From NCBI GenBank assembly GCA_043745805.1, contig JAYTSD010000025.1, positions 1 through 45,758 on the forward strand: a stretch of DNA of 45,758 bases, in the 5' to 3' direction. How positions within the stretch are numbered: the first letter of the stretch is position 1; every line of letters starts with the position of its first letter. A program made the position numbers and the translations under genes. This DNA comes from Fibrobacteria bacterium (lineage in GTDB: Bacteria > Fibrobacterota > Fibrobacteria > UBA11236). Of the stretch, positions 27,043 to 38,300 are shown in pieces. The notes beneath the pieces are model-generated. The model was not told where the DNA came from. It saw only the letters and a list, made by a program, of their open reading frames with translations, and did no database searches.

Positions 27043-29730
27043 ATGAAATTATTTAAACGTTTAGTCTTGGCCTTTATTCTGCTCACTGTTGTTTTGGGAG
27101 CGACAGCCTATTTTACCATTAAAGCGGTTTTCCCTCCCGAAAAGATTAAAAGCATTATTCATGATCAAGCCACCAAGGCTTTGAATCGTGATATTAATAT
27201 TGCAGATGTTTCTGTACATTTATTTCCCCATTTGAAATTAGCCGTGATGGATATTCGCATTGCGAATGCTAAAGGCTTTTCTGCGGAACCCTTATTTAAA
27301 GTTTCGGAAATTTCGCTTTCCATTGACTTCTTGTCCTTATTGAGATTTTCACCTACCATCAATGAAATCAAAATTTTTGAACCGGAAATTCTTTATGAAG
27401 TAAATGCCGAAGGGCATAATAACTTGGAAGGAATTGGATCCCAAGACACCACAAAAAATCTGGAATCGAAATCGAACAAGCCTTTGGAACTACCTACTGG
27501 TTTGGCTTTGAAGGCTTTCACTATTGCTAATGGTAAAGTGCATTATCGCGATGTAAAAAGTGGTCAGGATTTAGTACTGGGGGATATTGATCAAAATATT
27601 TCCTTACAACTCGATCCCAAATTGGAAAACATTTTAAGTAAGGGAAAATTAATTATTAATGAAGTTTCTATTTCCGACAAAAAAAGTAGTTTGCAAAAAG
27701 GCGCCATTCGTTTGGAATTCGATCATGATATTCAATTGAATTTACCCGCAGAGAAATTGACTTTAAATGGATTAGAATTTGGATTTCAAGATATTTCTAT
27801 TAAGCTCAAAGGTGGCATTGAGAAATTTATCACCAAGCCTATGGCTTTGGATCTGCATTTGCAATCTTCCGAAATTTCTTTGGCGTCGGTATTGAAAGAG
27901 GTGCCTTCTACTTTAAGTCCGGATATTGCCAAACTATCCGCACAAGGTAAGATGCTTTTAGATGTATTGATAAAAGGAAATTTGGATAGCAATGTTTTAC
28001 CCGAAGTTTTGGCAAAACTCAATGTAAAAGAAGGAGCATTTCATCATAAGGATTTGCCAGCGGGCATTGAGCATTTAAACCTTGATTTTCAAGCAACCAC
28101 CGATAGAGTCGATTTGAAGTCCTTGGAATTTAATGTGGATCAACATTCTGTGACTATGAATGCCGCCATTAGTGAAATCCGCAAAGTACCGCATTTAGAA
28201 GCCTTTCAGTTAAACTCACAAGTAGATTTTGGAAAGCTGGGACCGATTTTAAACAAGTTAGGATTATTAAAAGATTTCTCTAAGCTTACGGGAGAATTAC
28301 AAAGCGATTTACAAGCGAGTGGTTGGCTCGATCCGCAGGACCCGACGAAATTACAAGCGCAAGGCTTGATCACTTTGAAAAAAATTCATGTGGAATCTCC
28401 ATTACTCCCTGCTCCGCTTAATTTGGATGGGGATGTGCATTTAAGCAATAGTAAAATTGAGGAAGCCTTAAATGTGCAATTGGGGCAAAGTGATTTTAAG
28501 CTAACCTCCACGGTGGAAAACTTTTTGGCTTTAATCATGCCTAATTTGGCAGCAGGTAAAACCGCTTCGGTGAAAGCCTTAATTCAATCTTCATTTATAA
28601 ATTTGGACGAACTTTTGCCCAAGACTACAAAAAAAGAAGAAGAGGAAAAAACTAAGCCGCTCACAGCATTTCCAGTTCTGCCAAAAATAAATGCGGTGGT
28701 GGATATCAAATTGGCTAAAACTCAATTTATGGATTTAGCGGTTACGGAATTTATTTCCAATACAACCGTTGTTGCAGGAGTGGTAAATAATTCGCTGAAA
28801 GGAAACTTGTATTCGGGTAACTTCAATACTAAAACACGTATTGATTTAAATGATAGTACTAATGCAAAAGTGGATTTAAAAATGTTGGTGAATCATGTGG
28901 AAGCCAATGATTTTTTATCGCGCTTAAACAAAAAAATTCCGGCTACTAATGCTTTGACTAAATCTTTGGCAACAAGTGATAGCACCTTTTATGGAAAATT
29001 AAATTTAGATATGGATGTAAAAACCCATGGATTGCCTCAAACCTTTGCAAATAATTTAACGGGTACCATTAATGTATTACTTAATGATGGTAAAATTCGT
29101 GAAACCGCAATGATTAAAGGGCTATCCAGTGCTTTAGGTAAAGTCAATAAAAGTTTGGCTTTTAACGATTTAACTTTTTCTAAATTTACTTTGAATTTAA
29201 TCGCAGAAAATGGAAAACTCCTAGTCAAGGATTGTCAAATTAGTGAATCTATTATTGGGGCATTGAATGGTCAGGGCTTTGTAGGGTTCGACAATACACT
29301 TAATTTAAATTTAGAAAATCATTTGCCTCCAGCTTTAAGTGCCCGGGTTTTAGGAGCGAGTGGCGCAGTAACATCCGCTGCAGCGAAATTAACCCATATC
29401 GATGCTTTAGAAAATGTCAGTTTAATTCCTAAAGATAAAAGTGGACGTGCCCTGCTTTATTTTGTAATTGGCGGATTAGTATCTAAGCCGACTTTCGCTT
29501 TGGATAGTAAGCGCATGGCCGGTGAAGCAAATTCCGGTGTTAAGCAACAGTTAGCCGATGAGTTGAAAAAGAAAACTGATGAACTCAAAGCGCAATCTAC
29601 CGCTAAGGCAAAGGCGGTAGTCGATGCGGAAAAAGAAAAGTTAAAAGCAGAAGGCGAACTACAAAAACAAAAAGCGACCGAAGCTGCTAAATCAAAAGGT
29701 AAAAAGGCACTTAAAAGTTTAGGCTTTTAA
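27043..29730 (+). CDS. AsmA family (bridge-like lipid transfer) protein
   Basis: N-terminal anchor, A.KALNRDINI...LFP....DIRIAN, repeated beta-rich segments, AsmA-like C-terminal region (GFVGFDNTLN). Confidence 0.85.
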   Translation: MKLFKRLVLAFILLTVVLGATAYFTIKAVFPPEKIKSIIHDQATKALNRDINIADVSVHLFPHLKLAVMDIRIANAKGFSAEPLFKVSEISLSIDFLSLLRFSPTINEIKIFEPEILYEVNAEGHNNLEGIGSQDTTKNLESKSNKPLELPTGLALKAFTIANGKVHYRDVKSGQDLVLGDIDQNISLQLDPKLENILSKGKLIINEVSISDKKSSLQKGAIRLEFDHDIQLNLPAEKLTLNGLEFGFQDISIKLKGGIEKFITKPMALDLHLQSSEISLASVLKEVPSTLSPDIAKLSAQGKMLLDVLIKGNLDSNVLPEVLAKLNVKEGAFHHKDLPAGIEHLNLDFQATTDRVDLKSLEFNVDQHSVTMNAAISEIRKVPHLEAFQLNSQVDFGKLGPILNKLGLLKDFSKLTGELQSDLQASGWLDPQDPTKLQAQGLITLKKIHVESPLLPAPLNLDGDVHLSNSKIEEALNVQLGQSDFKLTSTVENFLALIMPNLAAGKTASVKALIQSSFINLDELLPKTTKKEEEEKTKPLTAFPVLPKINAVVDIKLAKTQFMDLAVTEFISNTTVVAGVVNNSLKGNLYSGNFNTKTRIDLNDSTNAKVDLKMLVNHVEANDFLSRLNKKIPATNALTKSLATSDSTFYGKLNLDMDVKTHGLPQTFANNLTGTINVLLNDGKIRETAMIKGLSSALGKVNKSLAFNDLTFSKFTLNLIAENGKLLVKDCQISESIIGALNGQGFVGFDNTLNLNLENHLPPALSARVLGASGAVTSAAAKLTHIDALENVSLIPKDKSGRALLYFVIGGLVSKPTFALDSKRMAGEANSGVKQQLADELKKKTDELKAQSTAKAKAVVDAEKEKLKAEGELQKQKATEAAKSKGKKALKSLGF

Positions 29731-31955
29731 GCAATTTCTTTTGGTTTTCCTTGCGGACTGAATTGAAAAAAACAGGCCGCTAGAGGAGGGGCTGAGACCT
29801 CGACTGAATAAGCCATTTGATGCATAGGAATAGCATCGGTATCTTTACCACCTAGGTTACCCACATTACTGCCGCCATAAATCACCGAATCGGTATTTAG
29901 TATTTCGCGATAATAACCTTCACGTGGCACACCTAAACGATAATGCTGTTGTGGTACCGGACTAAAATTAAAAATGCATAATACTAATTCGTCGGGACTA
30001 TAACCCTTACGCAAAAAGGAAATCATATTTTTATCGGCATCATGAAAGTCCACCCATTGAAAACCATGATAGGTATTGTCTTGTTCATGCATCGCAGGCT
30101 TTTCACGATAAAGTGTATTCAAATCTTTTACCAATAAGCGTAAAGCTCGGTGCCTATCGAATTCTAATAGATGCCAATCTAATTCTATAGCTTCATTCCA
30201 CTCTGTCCATTGGCCAAATTCCATTCCCATAAAATGCAATTTTTTTCCAGGATGAGAATAAAGATAAGCAAAAGCTAAACGATTATTCGCAAACTTTTGC
30301 CAATCGTCACCGGGCATTTTACTGAGCAAGGATTTTTTTCCATGTACCACTTCATCATGGGAAAGCACTAAACAAAACTTTTCAGAAAAACTATAAGAAA
30401 GGGCAAATGTTAAAAGATTTTGATGGAAGCGTCTAAATATAGGGTCTTTGGACACATAACCCAGAACATCATTCATCCATCCCAAATTCCATTTATAATT
30501 AAAGCCTAAACCACTTAAACTTAATTCGTGGGTAACTTGCGGAAATGCTGAGCTTTCTTCTGCAATCATTAAGCGATCGGGAAAGTATTGCGCCACAATA
30601 GAATTCATATGTTTTAAAAACTCTACGGCTTCATGATTAATATTACTGCCATCGGGATTGGGCAGCCAAGCATCATTATCACGTGCATAATCGAGATATA
30701 ACATAGAGGCTACGGCATCTACGCGTAACCCATCAAAATGAAATTCCTCTAGCCAATACAGTGCATTACCAATCAAAAAATTACTGACTTCTTTGCGACT
30801 ATAGTTGAATATTCGCGTGCCCCATTGTGGATGTTGACCTTTGCGCGGATCTTCATGGGCATATAGTTGTGTGCCATCGAATACATCTAACCCATGTGCA
30901 TCCGACGGAAAATGCGCAGGCACCCAGTCGAGAATTACTCCAATACTTTCTTGATGACAGGCATCAATAAAATAACGTAAATCATCCGGTGAACCATAGC
31001 GTTTGGTTGGTGCATAATAACCTAGTACTTGATAGCCCCAGCTTTCATCCAAGGGATGTTCTTCAATCGGCATCAGTTCTAAATGTGTATAGCCCATTTC
31101 TTTTACATAGGGAATTAGCAAAGCCGCTAATTCACGATAATTATAAAATCCAGTTTCCCCAACAATTTTTCGACGCCATGAGCCTAAATGCACTTCATAA
31201 ATACTTAAGGGTGAGCTATCACTTTGCAAACTTGGCCTTTTTTTATTCCAAGCTTTATCTCCCCAAACATGGGTAGAGTGGTTGGCTATCACTGCAGCGG
31301 ATCGTGGACGAAGCTCTGCTTCTTTAGCATAGGGATCCAATTTGTCGATATGCGTTCCCGAGGAAGTATGAATGGAGAATTTATAACAGGAGCCCGGTTG
31401 TATTTCGGGAATAAATATTTCCCATATACCAGAAACATGTAAGCGACGCATTAAATGCGCATGTTTATTCCAGTTATTAAAATCGCCAACTACGGAAACA
31501 CCTTTTGCATTTGGGGCCCAAACCGCAAAATGAATTCCAGGTAGATCTGCATGAATTAAGGGATTCGCCCCTAACTTTTTCCAAATTTGATAATGTGTAC
31601 CTTGGCCAAATAGAAATAGATCATAATCATTTAGGACAGGTAAAATGGCATAGGGATCATTATATTCTAGGACTTGACCATTGTGAAAAATACCCTGAAC
31701 GCGATAAGGAAAGAATTCCAATTGATTGGGGAATAAAGCTTCGAAGCAACCAGCTCCAGAACTGAATTCACAAGGAAAATTACCTTCATCGGAAAGAATC
31801 TTTACTTCTTTAAATAGGGGATTAAAAACTCGTATAAGTCCGCAGGATTGTTTATTCCAAACCGCGTGGTGAAACCCCAATTTTTGAAAAGGATCAATAG
31901 TTTGGCCATTCTCAAGGTCAAACATTTCTTCGGGAGATAAAAAACCTTTTTTCAT
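29727..31955 (-). CDS. glgB: 1,4-alpha-glucan branching enzyme
   Basis: FAVWAPNA, IYEVHLGSW, SWGYQ, DWVPAHFP, RVDAVASM, IAEES, SHDEVVHGK. Confidence 0.99.
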   Translation of the reverse strand: MKKGFLSPEEMFDLENGQTIDPFQKLGFHHAVWNKQSCGLIRVFNPLFKEVKILSDEGNFPCEFSSGAGCFEALFPNQLEFFPYRVQGIFHNGQVLEYNDPYAILPVLNDYDLFLFGQGTHYQIWKKLGANPLIHADLPGIHFAVWAPNAKGVSVVGDFNNWNKHAHLMRRLHVSGIWEIFIPEIQPGSCYKFSIHTSSGTHIDKLDPYAKEAELRPRSAAVIANHSTHVWGDKAWNKKRPSLQSDSSPLSIYEVHLGSWRRKIVGETGFYNYRELAALLIPYVKEMGYTHLELMPIEEHPLDESWGYQVLGYYAPTKRYGSPDDLRYFIDACHQESIGVILDWVPAHFPSDAHGLDVFDGTQLYAHEDPRKGQHPQWGTRIFNYSRKEVSNFLIGNALYWLEEFHFDGLRVDAVASMLYLDYARDNDAWLPNPDGSNINHEAVEFLKHMNSIVAQYFPDRLMIAEESSAFPQVTHELSLSGLGFNYKWNLGWMNDVLGYVSKDPIFRRFHQNLLTFALSYSFSEKFCLVLSHDEVVHGKKSLLSKMPGDDWQKFANNRLAFAYLYSHPGKKLHFMGMEFGQWTEWNEAIELDWHLLEFDRHRALRLLVKDLNTLYREKPAMHEQDNTYHGFQWVDFHDADKNMISFLRKGYSPDELVLCIFNFSPVPQQHYRLGVPREGYYREILNTDSVIYGGSNVGNLGGKDTDAIPMHQMAYSVEVSAPPLAACFFQFSPQGKPKEIA

Positions 31956-32030
31956 GACTACAATCGATTCTAAAATTTTCTTAAATAGATTTTAATATAG
32001 ATCTAGATAATCCAAAACAAAATCCAAAAC

Positions 32031-32058
32031 AAAAAAGTCCGCCTAAGCGGACTTTTTT
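32031..32058 (-). terminator. Intrinsic terminator after the tRNA pair
   Basis: AAAAAAGTCCGC-CTAA-GCGGACTTTTTT. Confidence 0.9.
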
Positions 32059-32059
32059 A

Positions 32060-32136
32060 TGGCGGAATGGACGAGACTTGAACTCGCAACCCCTAGCGTG
32101 ACAGGCTAGTACTCTAACCAATTGAGCTACCACTCC
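32060..32136 (-). tRNA. tRNA-Asp (GTC)
   Basis: GGAGTGG acceptor, anticodon arm CTAGC-CTGTCAC-GCTAG, GTTCAAG T-loop, encoded CCA. Confidence 0.97.
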
Positions 32137-32144
32137 GTATTTTA

Positions 32145-32222
32145 TGGTGGGCGTTGAGGGATTTGAACCCCCGACCCTCTGCGTGTAAAGCAGATGCTCT
32201 AAACCAACTGAGCTAAACGCCC
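32145..32222 (-). tRNA. tRNA-Val (TAC)
   Basis: GGGCGTT acceptor, anticodon arm TCTGC-TTTACAC-GCAGA, GTTCAAA T-loop, encoded CCA. Confidence 0.97.
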
Positions 32223-32245
32223 CACACCACAGTGTCGCTATGCGA

Positions 32246-32449
32246 CTATTTTTCTTTCCCTTTGCTACTTCCTAGCATAATACTTACTGGGATAACCACA
32301 GCGAAAGCAAATACTAGGATTATAGGGGCAAAATTTAAGGCCACCTTATTTTGAGCAGGGGACATAGAAAGACAATAAAATCCAATTCCCAACATAACTA
32401 TACCAAGCAAGAAGCCGAGATAGTTTTTTTTAGAAAAAAAAGATTCCAT
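32246..32449 (-). CDS. Small two-TM membrane protein (DUF3098-like)
   Basis: FSKKNY...GI..L.IGF..LS...APIILV pattern. Confidence 0.7.
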   Translation of the reverse strand: MESFFSKKNYLGFLLGIVMLGIGFYCLSMSPAQNKVALNFAPIILVFAFAVVIPVSIMLGSSKGKEK

Positions 32450-32574
32450 ACAAGCCTTCTAAGACACTTTCTTTACTGAAAACAATTAAGCTTAGCTAAT
32501 TGTTTCAAAGCGGGAAAAAAGATAATTAACAATGCTCTTTTATCAAGGTTTTAGGAGCAAATAACTTAAAATAA

Positions 32575-33528
32575 TCAACCGCTAGTGAACCCTGATTTTT
32601 CATAAGCGGCAATGATTTCTCGCACTAATTTATGGCGAACCACATCGGATATTTGCAATTCTATTTGGCCTATGCCTTCAATGCCAGCGAGAATTTTACG
32701 TGCATGAGCAAATCCAGATTTTTCATTTTTACCTAAATCAACTTGAGTGGTATCCCCAGTAAGCACCACTTTACTATTTAAACCTATACGGGTTAAAAAC
32801 ATTTTCATTTGTAGTATGGTGGCATTTTGAGCTTCATCTAAAATAATGAAACTTTTACTTAAGGTACGTCCACGCATATAAGCTAGGGGCGCAATTTCAA
32901 TAGTGTTATTATCCCAGTACTCTTTGAGCTTTTCGGGGGGTAACATTATGCTTAATGAATCATAAAGGGGTCGCATAAAAGGGGCAATTTTCTCACTCAT
33001 GACTCCGGGTAAAAATCCTAGATTTTCTCCCGATTCAACAGCAGGTCGAACAAGTATAATACGTTCTACTATTTTTTTTTCTAAGGCGGCGACGGCTAAG
33101 GCGACGGCTAAAAAGGTTTTACCTGTACCTGCCGGGCCAGCAGCTAAGACAATATCATTCTGCTTAATAACCTGAATCAGTTTGCTTTGACCTAAAGTTT
33201 TAGGCTGTATGGCATGACCGTAACGGTCATTTAATATGGGTTTTTCTAAATGCGCCGCAAATTCACCAGGCTGGCTGGAATCTTTGACAATTTCATCCAC
33301 GTAAAACTCCGTTAGTTGATATCCAGTTTTTAAAGTTTGAAACATTTTTTCAAGGGCAAGCTTCGCTGGCCGAACCAATTCTTCGCGCTCTGCTTGAACG
33401 CTGATATTGGGATTGCGAGTGAGTAATTTTACGGAAAATTTTTCTTCTAAAAAAACAAAGTTCTTTTCTCCTTCTCCTGCTAAAAGGGTTTTGTCTGCAT
33501 CGTTTATATGAAATATTTCAGAAAACAA
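32575..33528 (-). CDS. PhoH family ATPase
   Basis: PKTLGQ, GPAGTGKT, RPAVESGENLGFLPG, APLAYMRGRT, ILDEAQN. Confidence 0.96.
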   Translation of the reverse strand: MFSEIFHINDADKTLLAGEGEKNFVFLEEKFSVKLLTRNPNISVQAEREELVRPAKLALEKMFQTLKTGYQLTEFYVDEIVKDSSQPGEFAAHLEKPILNDRYGHAIQPKTLGQSKLIQVIKQNDIVLAAGPAGTGKTFLAVALAVAALEKKIVERIILVRPAVESGENLGFLPGVMSEKIAPFMRPLYDSLSIMLPPEKLKEYWDNNTIEIAPLAYMRGRTLSKSFIILDEAQNATILQMKMFLTRIGLNSKVVLTGDTTQVDLGKNEKSGFAHARKILAGIEGIGQIELQISDVVRHKLVREIIAAYEKSGFTSG

Positions 33529-33786
33529 GCGCTTCTCCTCTTGCTAATGTCCTCTAAACTTATTGCTTTGAGAAACCGAAGTCAATGAAAACATGGATTT
33601 CAAACTTTATTTTAAAGAAATGCCAACTTCCCCTTGGCATTTATCCATTTTCTTTAATACCTTTCTAGTTAATAAACTTCATGTCAAAACAAAATTGTGT
33701 ACCGTGTTTTTTCAAATAGAAATGTCGCAATCAAAAGACATTGTGAACTTCATTCTCACAAAATATTATTAAAGGGCTGAATTTTT

Positions 33787-34149
33787 ATGCAGGCGGATTT
33801 ATCTACCATCATTGAAACCATAAAAGGAACTCTGGTTAATACCGAGCTTAATCATGATGCGGTAGATATCGCTTATATCGGTTCCGATTTGAATGAACTT
33901 ACCGATGAGTGGACGAATATTATGTTGATCACCAATTTGGTCCATATTCGTTTAATGGAGATTTCGGAAGAATATGATATAACTGTGATTTGTTTTACCA
34001 ATGGTCATATGCCAAAGCCTAAAGAAATTAAACGCGCTGCCGAATTAGAGATTGATTTAATCACTACGCCTTTGACCTTAGAAGAGGTTAGCCGTTTATT
34101 GCGTGCCGAGTTTGGTACTACACTCGAAATAAAAAATAAAATTTCATAA
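33787..34149 (+). CDS. Stand-alone DRTGG-like domain protein
   Basis: AYIGSDL...MLITNL....EI....DI..ICFTNG..P......A.ELEI.LITT pattern. Confidence 0.65.
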   Translation: MQADLSTIIETIKGTLVNTELNHDAVDIAYIGSDLNELTDEWTNIMLITNLVHIRLMEISEEYDITVICFTNGHMPKPKEIKRAAELEIDLITTPLTLEEVSRLLRAEFGTTLEIKNKIS

Positions 34150-34160
34150 GTCCGTTGAAT

Positions 34161-34186
34161 TAAAAGCAGCTACTTATTGAGCTGCC
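34161..34186 (-). terminator. Possible terminator between convergent genes
   Basis: Minus strand GCAGCT-N8-AGCTGC-TTTTA. Confidence 0.5.
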
Positions 34187-34209
34187 TCCGTAACTCATGG
34201 TAAAAAATG

Positions 34210-35094
34210 CTATTCTATATTTGCTAATTGCTCTCGTATAATTTCAAGTTCTTCTTTCCAGTCTACACATAAGTGTTGAATATCAGCAGATTGACTTTTA
34301 TTTCCCAGCGTATTTATTTCTCGTAAAAATTCTTGAATCAAAAAACCTAATTTTTTTCCCGGACTTTTTTCTTTTTCTAAAGTATCGAGAAAATGTTGGC
34401 TATGAGCTTTTAGGCGTACAATTTCTTCTGTAACATCTAAGCGCTCAGCCATTAAACCCAGCTCTGTATAGATTCGGTCCTCTACCAATTGGACATTGGA
34501 TCCCAGTAATTCCTGAATTCGTGTGCGCATTTTCAGCACAAACTCGGTTTGGCGTTGAGGTAAAAGTTTTTCGATTTGGTTTATTCTAGTGGTCCAAGAG
34601 CGAATGCGTTGTGCAATATCCTTACCCAAAACCTCCCCTTCATGCTTGCGCGCTTTGACGAGTTCTAAGCAAGCCTCTTCGAAGAGGGGTAGTACATTAG
34701 CGGCAATAGATTCTTCATCCTCACCCGCATTGTTGTTTAGTAAAATGTCGGGCCAACGTAACACATCCAACATATTCACAGTTTTTTCACCAGGTAAACG
34801 GGCATGTGCTTTTTCTAAGAGTTTATTAAAGGCTGTGAACACGGGTTCATTGAGTTCAAAGCTTTCTTTTTCTTTCTTCGCATCTTGATATTGAAGTTGG
34901 CAGACAACGCTGCCGCGGGCAATATGCTGTCCCAACGCTTGCTTGAGTTTGGCTTCGAGAAAAATTAAGTTGCGCGGCATTTTCATTTGTATATCGAGAT
35001 AGCGATTGTTCACCGATTTAATTTCTATTCCTAAAGAAAAATTTTCCGCGAGAAAATCTTTCTTACCGAATCCTGTCATACTTTGAATATTCAT
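34210..35094 (-). CDS. yicC: YicC/YloC family endoribonuclease
   Basis: SMTGFG, EIKSVNNRYLDI, DVTEEIVRL, GKKLGFLIQE..REINT.G.K, IREQ..NIE. Confidence 0.95.
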   Translation of the reverse strand: MNIQSMTGFGKKDFLAENFSLGIEIKSVNNRYLDIQMKMPRNLIFLEAKLKQALGQHIARGSVVCQLQYQDAKKEKESFELNEPVFTAFNKLLEKAHARLPGEKTVNMLDVLRWPDILLNNNAGEDEESIAANVLPLFEEACLELVKARKHEGEVLGKDIAQRIRSWTTRINQIEKLLPQRQTEFVLKMRTRIQELLGSNVQLVEDRIYTELGLMAERLDVTEEIVRLKAHSQHFLDTLEKEKSPGKKLGFLIQEFLREINTLGNKSQSADIQHLCVDWKEELEIIREQLANIE

Positions 35095-35300
35095 AGGCCC
35101 TCTAATTTTTCAAGTCAAGTTTTTTGTGAGCAAGAATTTAATAAAATGCACTTAGCAAATTTGAGAAGTTTAATCTTAAGAAGCGATTTCCTAATAAAAC
35201 TCGAAAATAAAAAGAAATATAGGCAATAAAATTTCTGGAATACCATTAAGCCATCCGCTAAACTCGAAGGGCGACTTAAAAAACAAAAGGGAGAAGTTAT

Positions 35301-38300
35301 ATGTCTGAATCAAGGAAACCCATTCAATCACCCATGGAGAAGCGAAGCTTTTCTAAAGGGCTAGCTGTAATGGCTTGTGCCATGTCTATTTTTTATACGG
35401 CTTGTTCAAAAAGTAAATCTGCTGAAAAAGTGGTGGCTCCGTCAGTTAAGACTCCCGATGTCTCTAAAGTATTAACATCGGCCGATTCTGTACTCAAAGC
35501 CAATAAAGGTAAAGGTGTGATTACCGGTTTCTTAACAGGCGAAGGCGCCTCTGCTTCAAAGAGCTTATTAAAGCAAGCGAGCAATGCAGCTGGGGAAAGA
35601 CGTTTTTTAAAGTTTGAAGAAATTCCTTTATCGGGTGCAAATATCCTTTTGTATAATGCTTTAAAACCTACCACTATTGCCGCAGCAACCACCACGACCG
35701 ATGTACATGGTAATTATACCGTGGCTTTACCCGAAGGTAAATATTTTGCTTATGCTGTTTATTTTGATCTCAGCACTTTTAAATTGGTCACGGCGCAAAT
35801 CCCTAATATCAATTCCATTGTGGATTCAATTATTAAGGTGGATTCAAGTATTGCAGTGGAAGATGTGACGCAGCCCACAATTCGTAGTGTTTACGATGCC
35901 ACTTCTCCCGATGACAAAGGCGTATTTTTAGTTGGATCGATTGCTTCGACAAGCGCTAAAATTAATGTGGTTTTTTCAGAACCAATTAATCGTGAATCGG
36001 TGAAAGGAATGATTTTAGGTAAAGTGGATACCACGAATACATCTACTACTTTAGTTTTAGCGGATACCGTAAAAAATATTGGTATAACTTGGAGTGGTGA
36101 TAATAAAGAATTGACTTTGAATATTGCAACGCTGGCTGAAGGGGTGCAATATGGAATGATTATTCCTGTGAGCATTAAAGATTTAGCCAAAAATAGTTTA
36201 GAAAGAGAATACAAGGCAACATTCATAACGGTTTCGGCAAAAGAAATTTCCGATGTAAAATTTGCCATTGCAGCCACCAGCCCTGCGGATAAAGAGTTGA
36301 TTAAGCCTATTCAAAATCCAGCCATCACTTTTAATAAACCAGTAGAAATTTTCTCCATTCTTAAATCAGTTTCCATATCTCCTGCCATTAATGGTTTTTG
36401 GGAAGTGAGCGGACCGCGTGCTATTTTCACTCATCCTAAACAAGCATTTGAAATAGGAAAAACTTATACCGTAACAATTCCTGATTCGGTGAAAGACATT
36501 TCCGGTACTACTTTAGGTAAAACAGTTTCTTATACTTTTATGGTTAAAGATTTCGATGGCGCCGCGAAAACTAGCACGGGTAAAGACAAGGAAGTCGCAC
36601 TCGTAGTGGAAAATTTATTTGACGCTTATTTGCAAGGAGATATTGGTAAATTTGCAACATACTTCCATGAAAATTTCCGTAGCATTAGCAATGATGGAAT
36701 TAAATCTAAACAAGATTTCTTAACAAATATTCGCAAAGATGTAGGCCAGCGCCAGGCTTCGGCTGCAGGCTTTTTAGCCCCAATTTTTAATACCTCCACT
36801 AAAGTTTGCTCCGATAAGCAATCCATTTGGAAGGTAGCTGCTAAAGGGGGTACAGCTGATGAGTTCGTTTGGGTAGACGCTTATGTATCACAAGGAAGTT
36901 CCCCACGCGTTTATGAAAAAGAATTATTGGCTGAGGTAAAACCAGATTCTTGGGATAAAACGGGACCACGATTTACCTATAAAGGTAAAGTGTATGGCTT
37001 TGCACCGGATTTCTCTAACTTCCACGGACCTGTTACTGCTGATGGTGCGAAAGATGATCAACGCTTTTTTGGTGACCGCTTAGCCCAAACTTCAACCGTG
37101 GTTTTGGATACTGCAAAAATTGAAATGAAAGAAAACTTTACGGTAGATGGCGGTATCTCGGTTGTTAATGATACGGCAAAAGTCGCCGTGAAATTTACGA
37201 GCTTCGAAAAATATAATCGTCGTAATTGGGGCGATATGCGAAGAGCCTGTGAAACCAGCCTAATGGATACTTCTTATCAAATCTTAAAATTCGTTTTAAT
37301 CTTAGATGGATCAAAATGGGTTGTCTTAAATGTGGTTTCAACGGAAAATGTTAACAAAGAAAATTTTAATGACAAAATTGGTACCGCTGATTTCCAAATC
37401 AAAAAAACCGAACCCATTACCCTTATTGGTCCACTCGCGGATAAGGCAGCGAATGTTGATGGTAAAGTCAAATTTGAATTTAAAGGTTTGAATATTGATA
37501 GTGTAGGTGGCTATATCATTGGATTAGCAGAAGACAATAAATTTACTGGAGGTCGTCCACCATATGGCGCAGTATTTTTTGTTAAGTCTCAAGGAAAAGG
37601 GGTAACACAAGCGTTTACTTTAAATAGCGCTGCCGGTTTAGAATCGGGCGTGGATGGAACCCCTATATTACGTCGTGTCCAAGATTTAAAATTACCGGGT
37701 TGGGATAGAACAATGTATGAATATGTTTTAACCAAACTCATCAAATCGGATAGTGGTTTAGCGGGTGTCTATAATTGGAAGGTAATTGCCGTGAAAGATA
37801 CTTCTGCTGCGCAATTCTTGGCTAATGGCTTTAGTCCTCAACGCTATTTGGGCGAATCGGATTTTGGACCTGCACGTGGACATTTTGCCGTAAAAGATTT
37901 TCCTCAAGGCGCGGCATTTGCTCAATTTGAAAGTCAAACCAATTTTGCCCCAGTTGGAGCAGGAGCTCCAATGGGTTTTGGGGATATGGATAATGATGGT
38001 TACCCTGATTTTATTGAAATGAAATATGCTACCGATCCCAAAGATCGCAATTCATATCCTGATTTTAAAGTGGATACGGATGGTGATCATTTACCTGACT
38101 TTATCGAAAAAATTTTGGATAAAGATGGTAAAAAAGGCTTAGTGGATAGCGCTGGCAATCTTACTCAAGTAGCAAATGAAATAGCTGCATTGAAAACTGC
38201 GGGTGTAATCTGGGAAGATGCGGATGGCGATGGTTTCCCAAATGATATTGAACAAATGTTTGGTTTCAATCAATTTGATAAAATGAGCAATCCTGGTACT

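Noticed and set aside
32009-32032. 12-bp tandem AATCCAAAACAA x2 and possible integration site at the tRNAs
   Set aside because: Low complexity; no integrase or duplicated tRNA 3' end seen
33741-33761. CRP or Rex operator
   Set aside because: Half-sites are 9 nt apart rather than the canonical 6
35334-35360. Twin-arginine signal (EKRSFSK) on the giant lipoprotein
   Set aside because: KR rather than RR and weak consensus; a Sec lipoprotein is simpler
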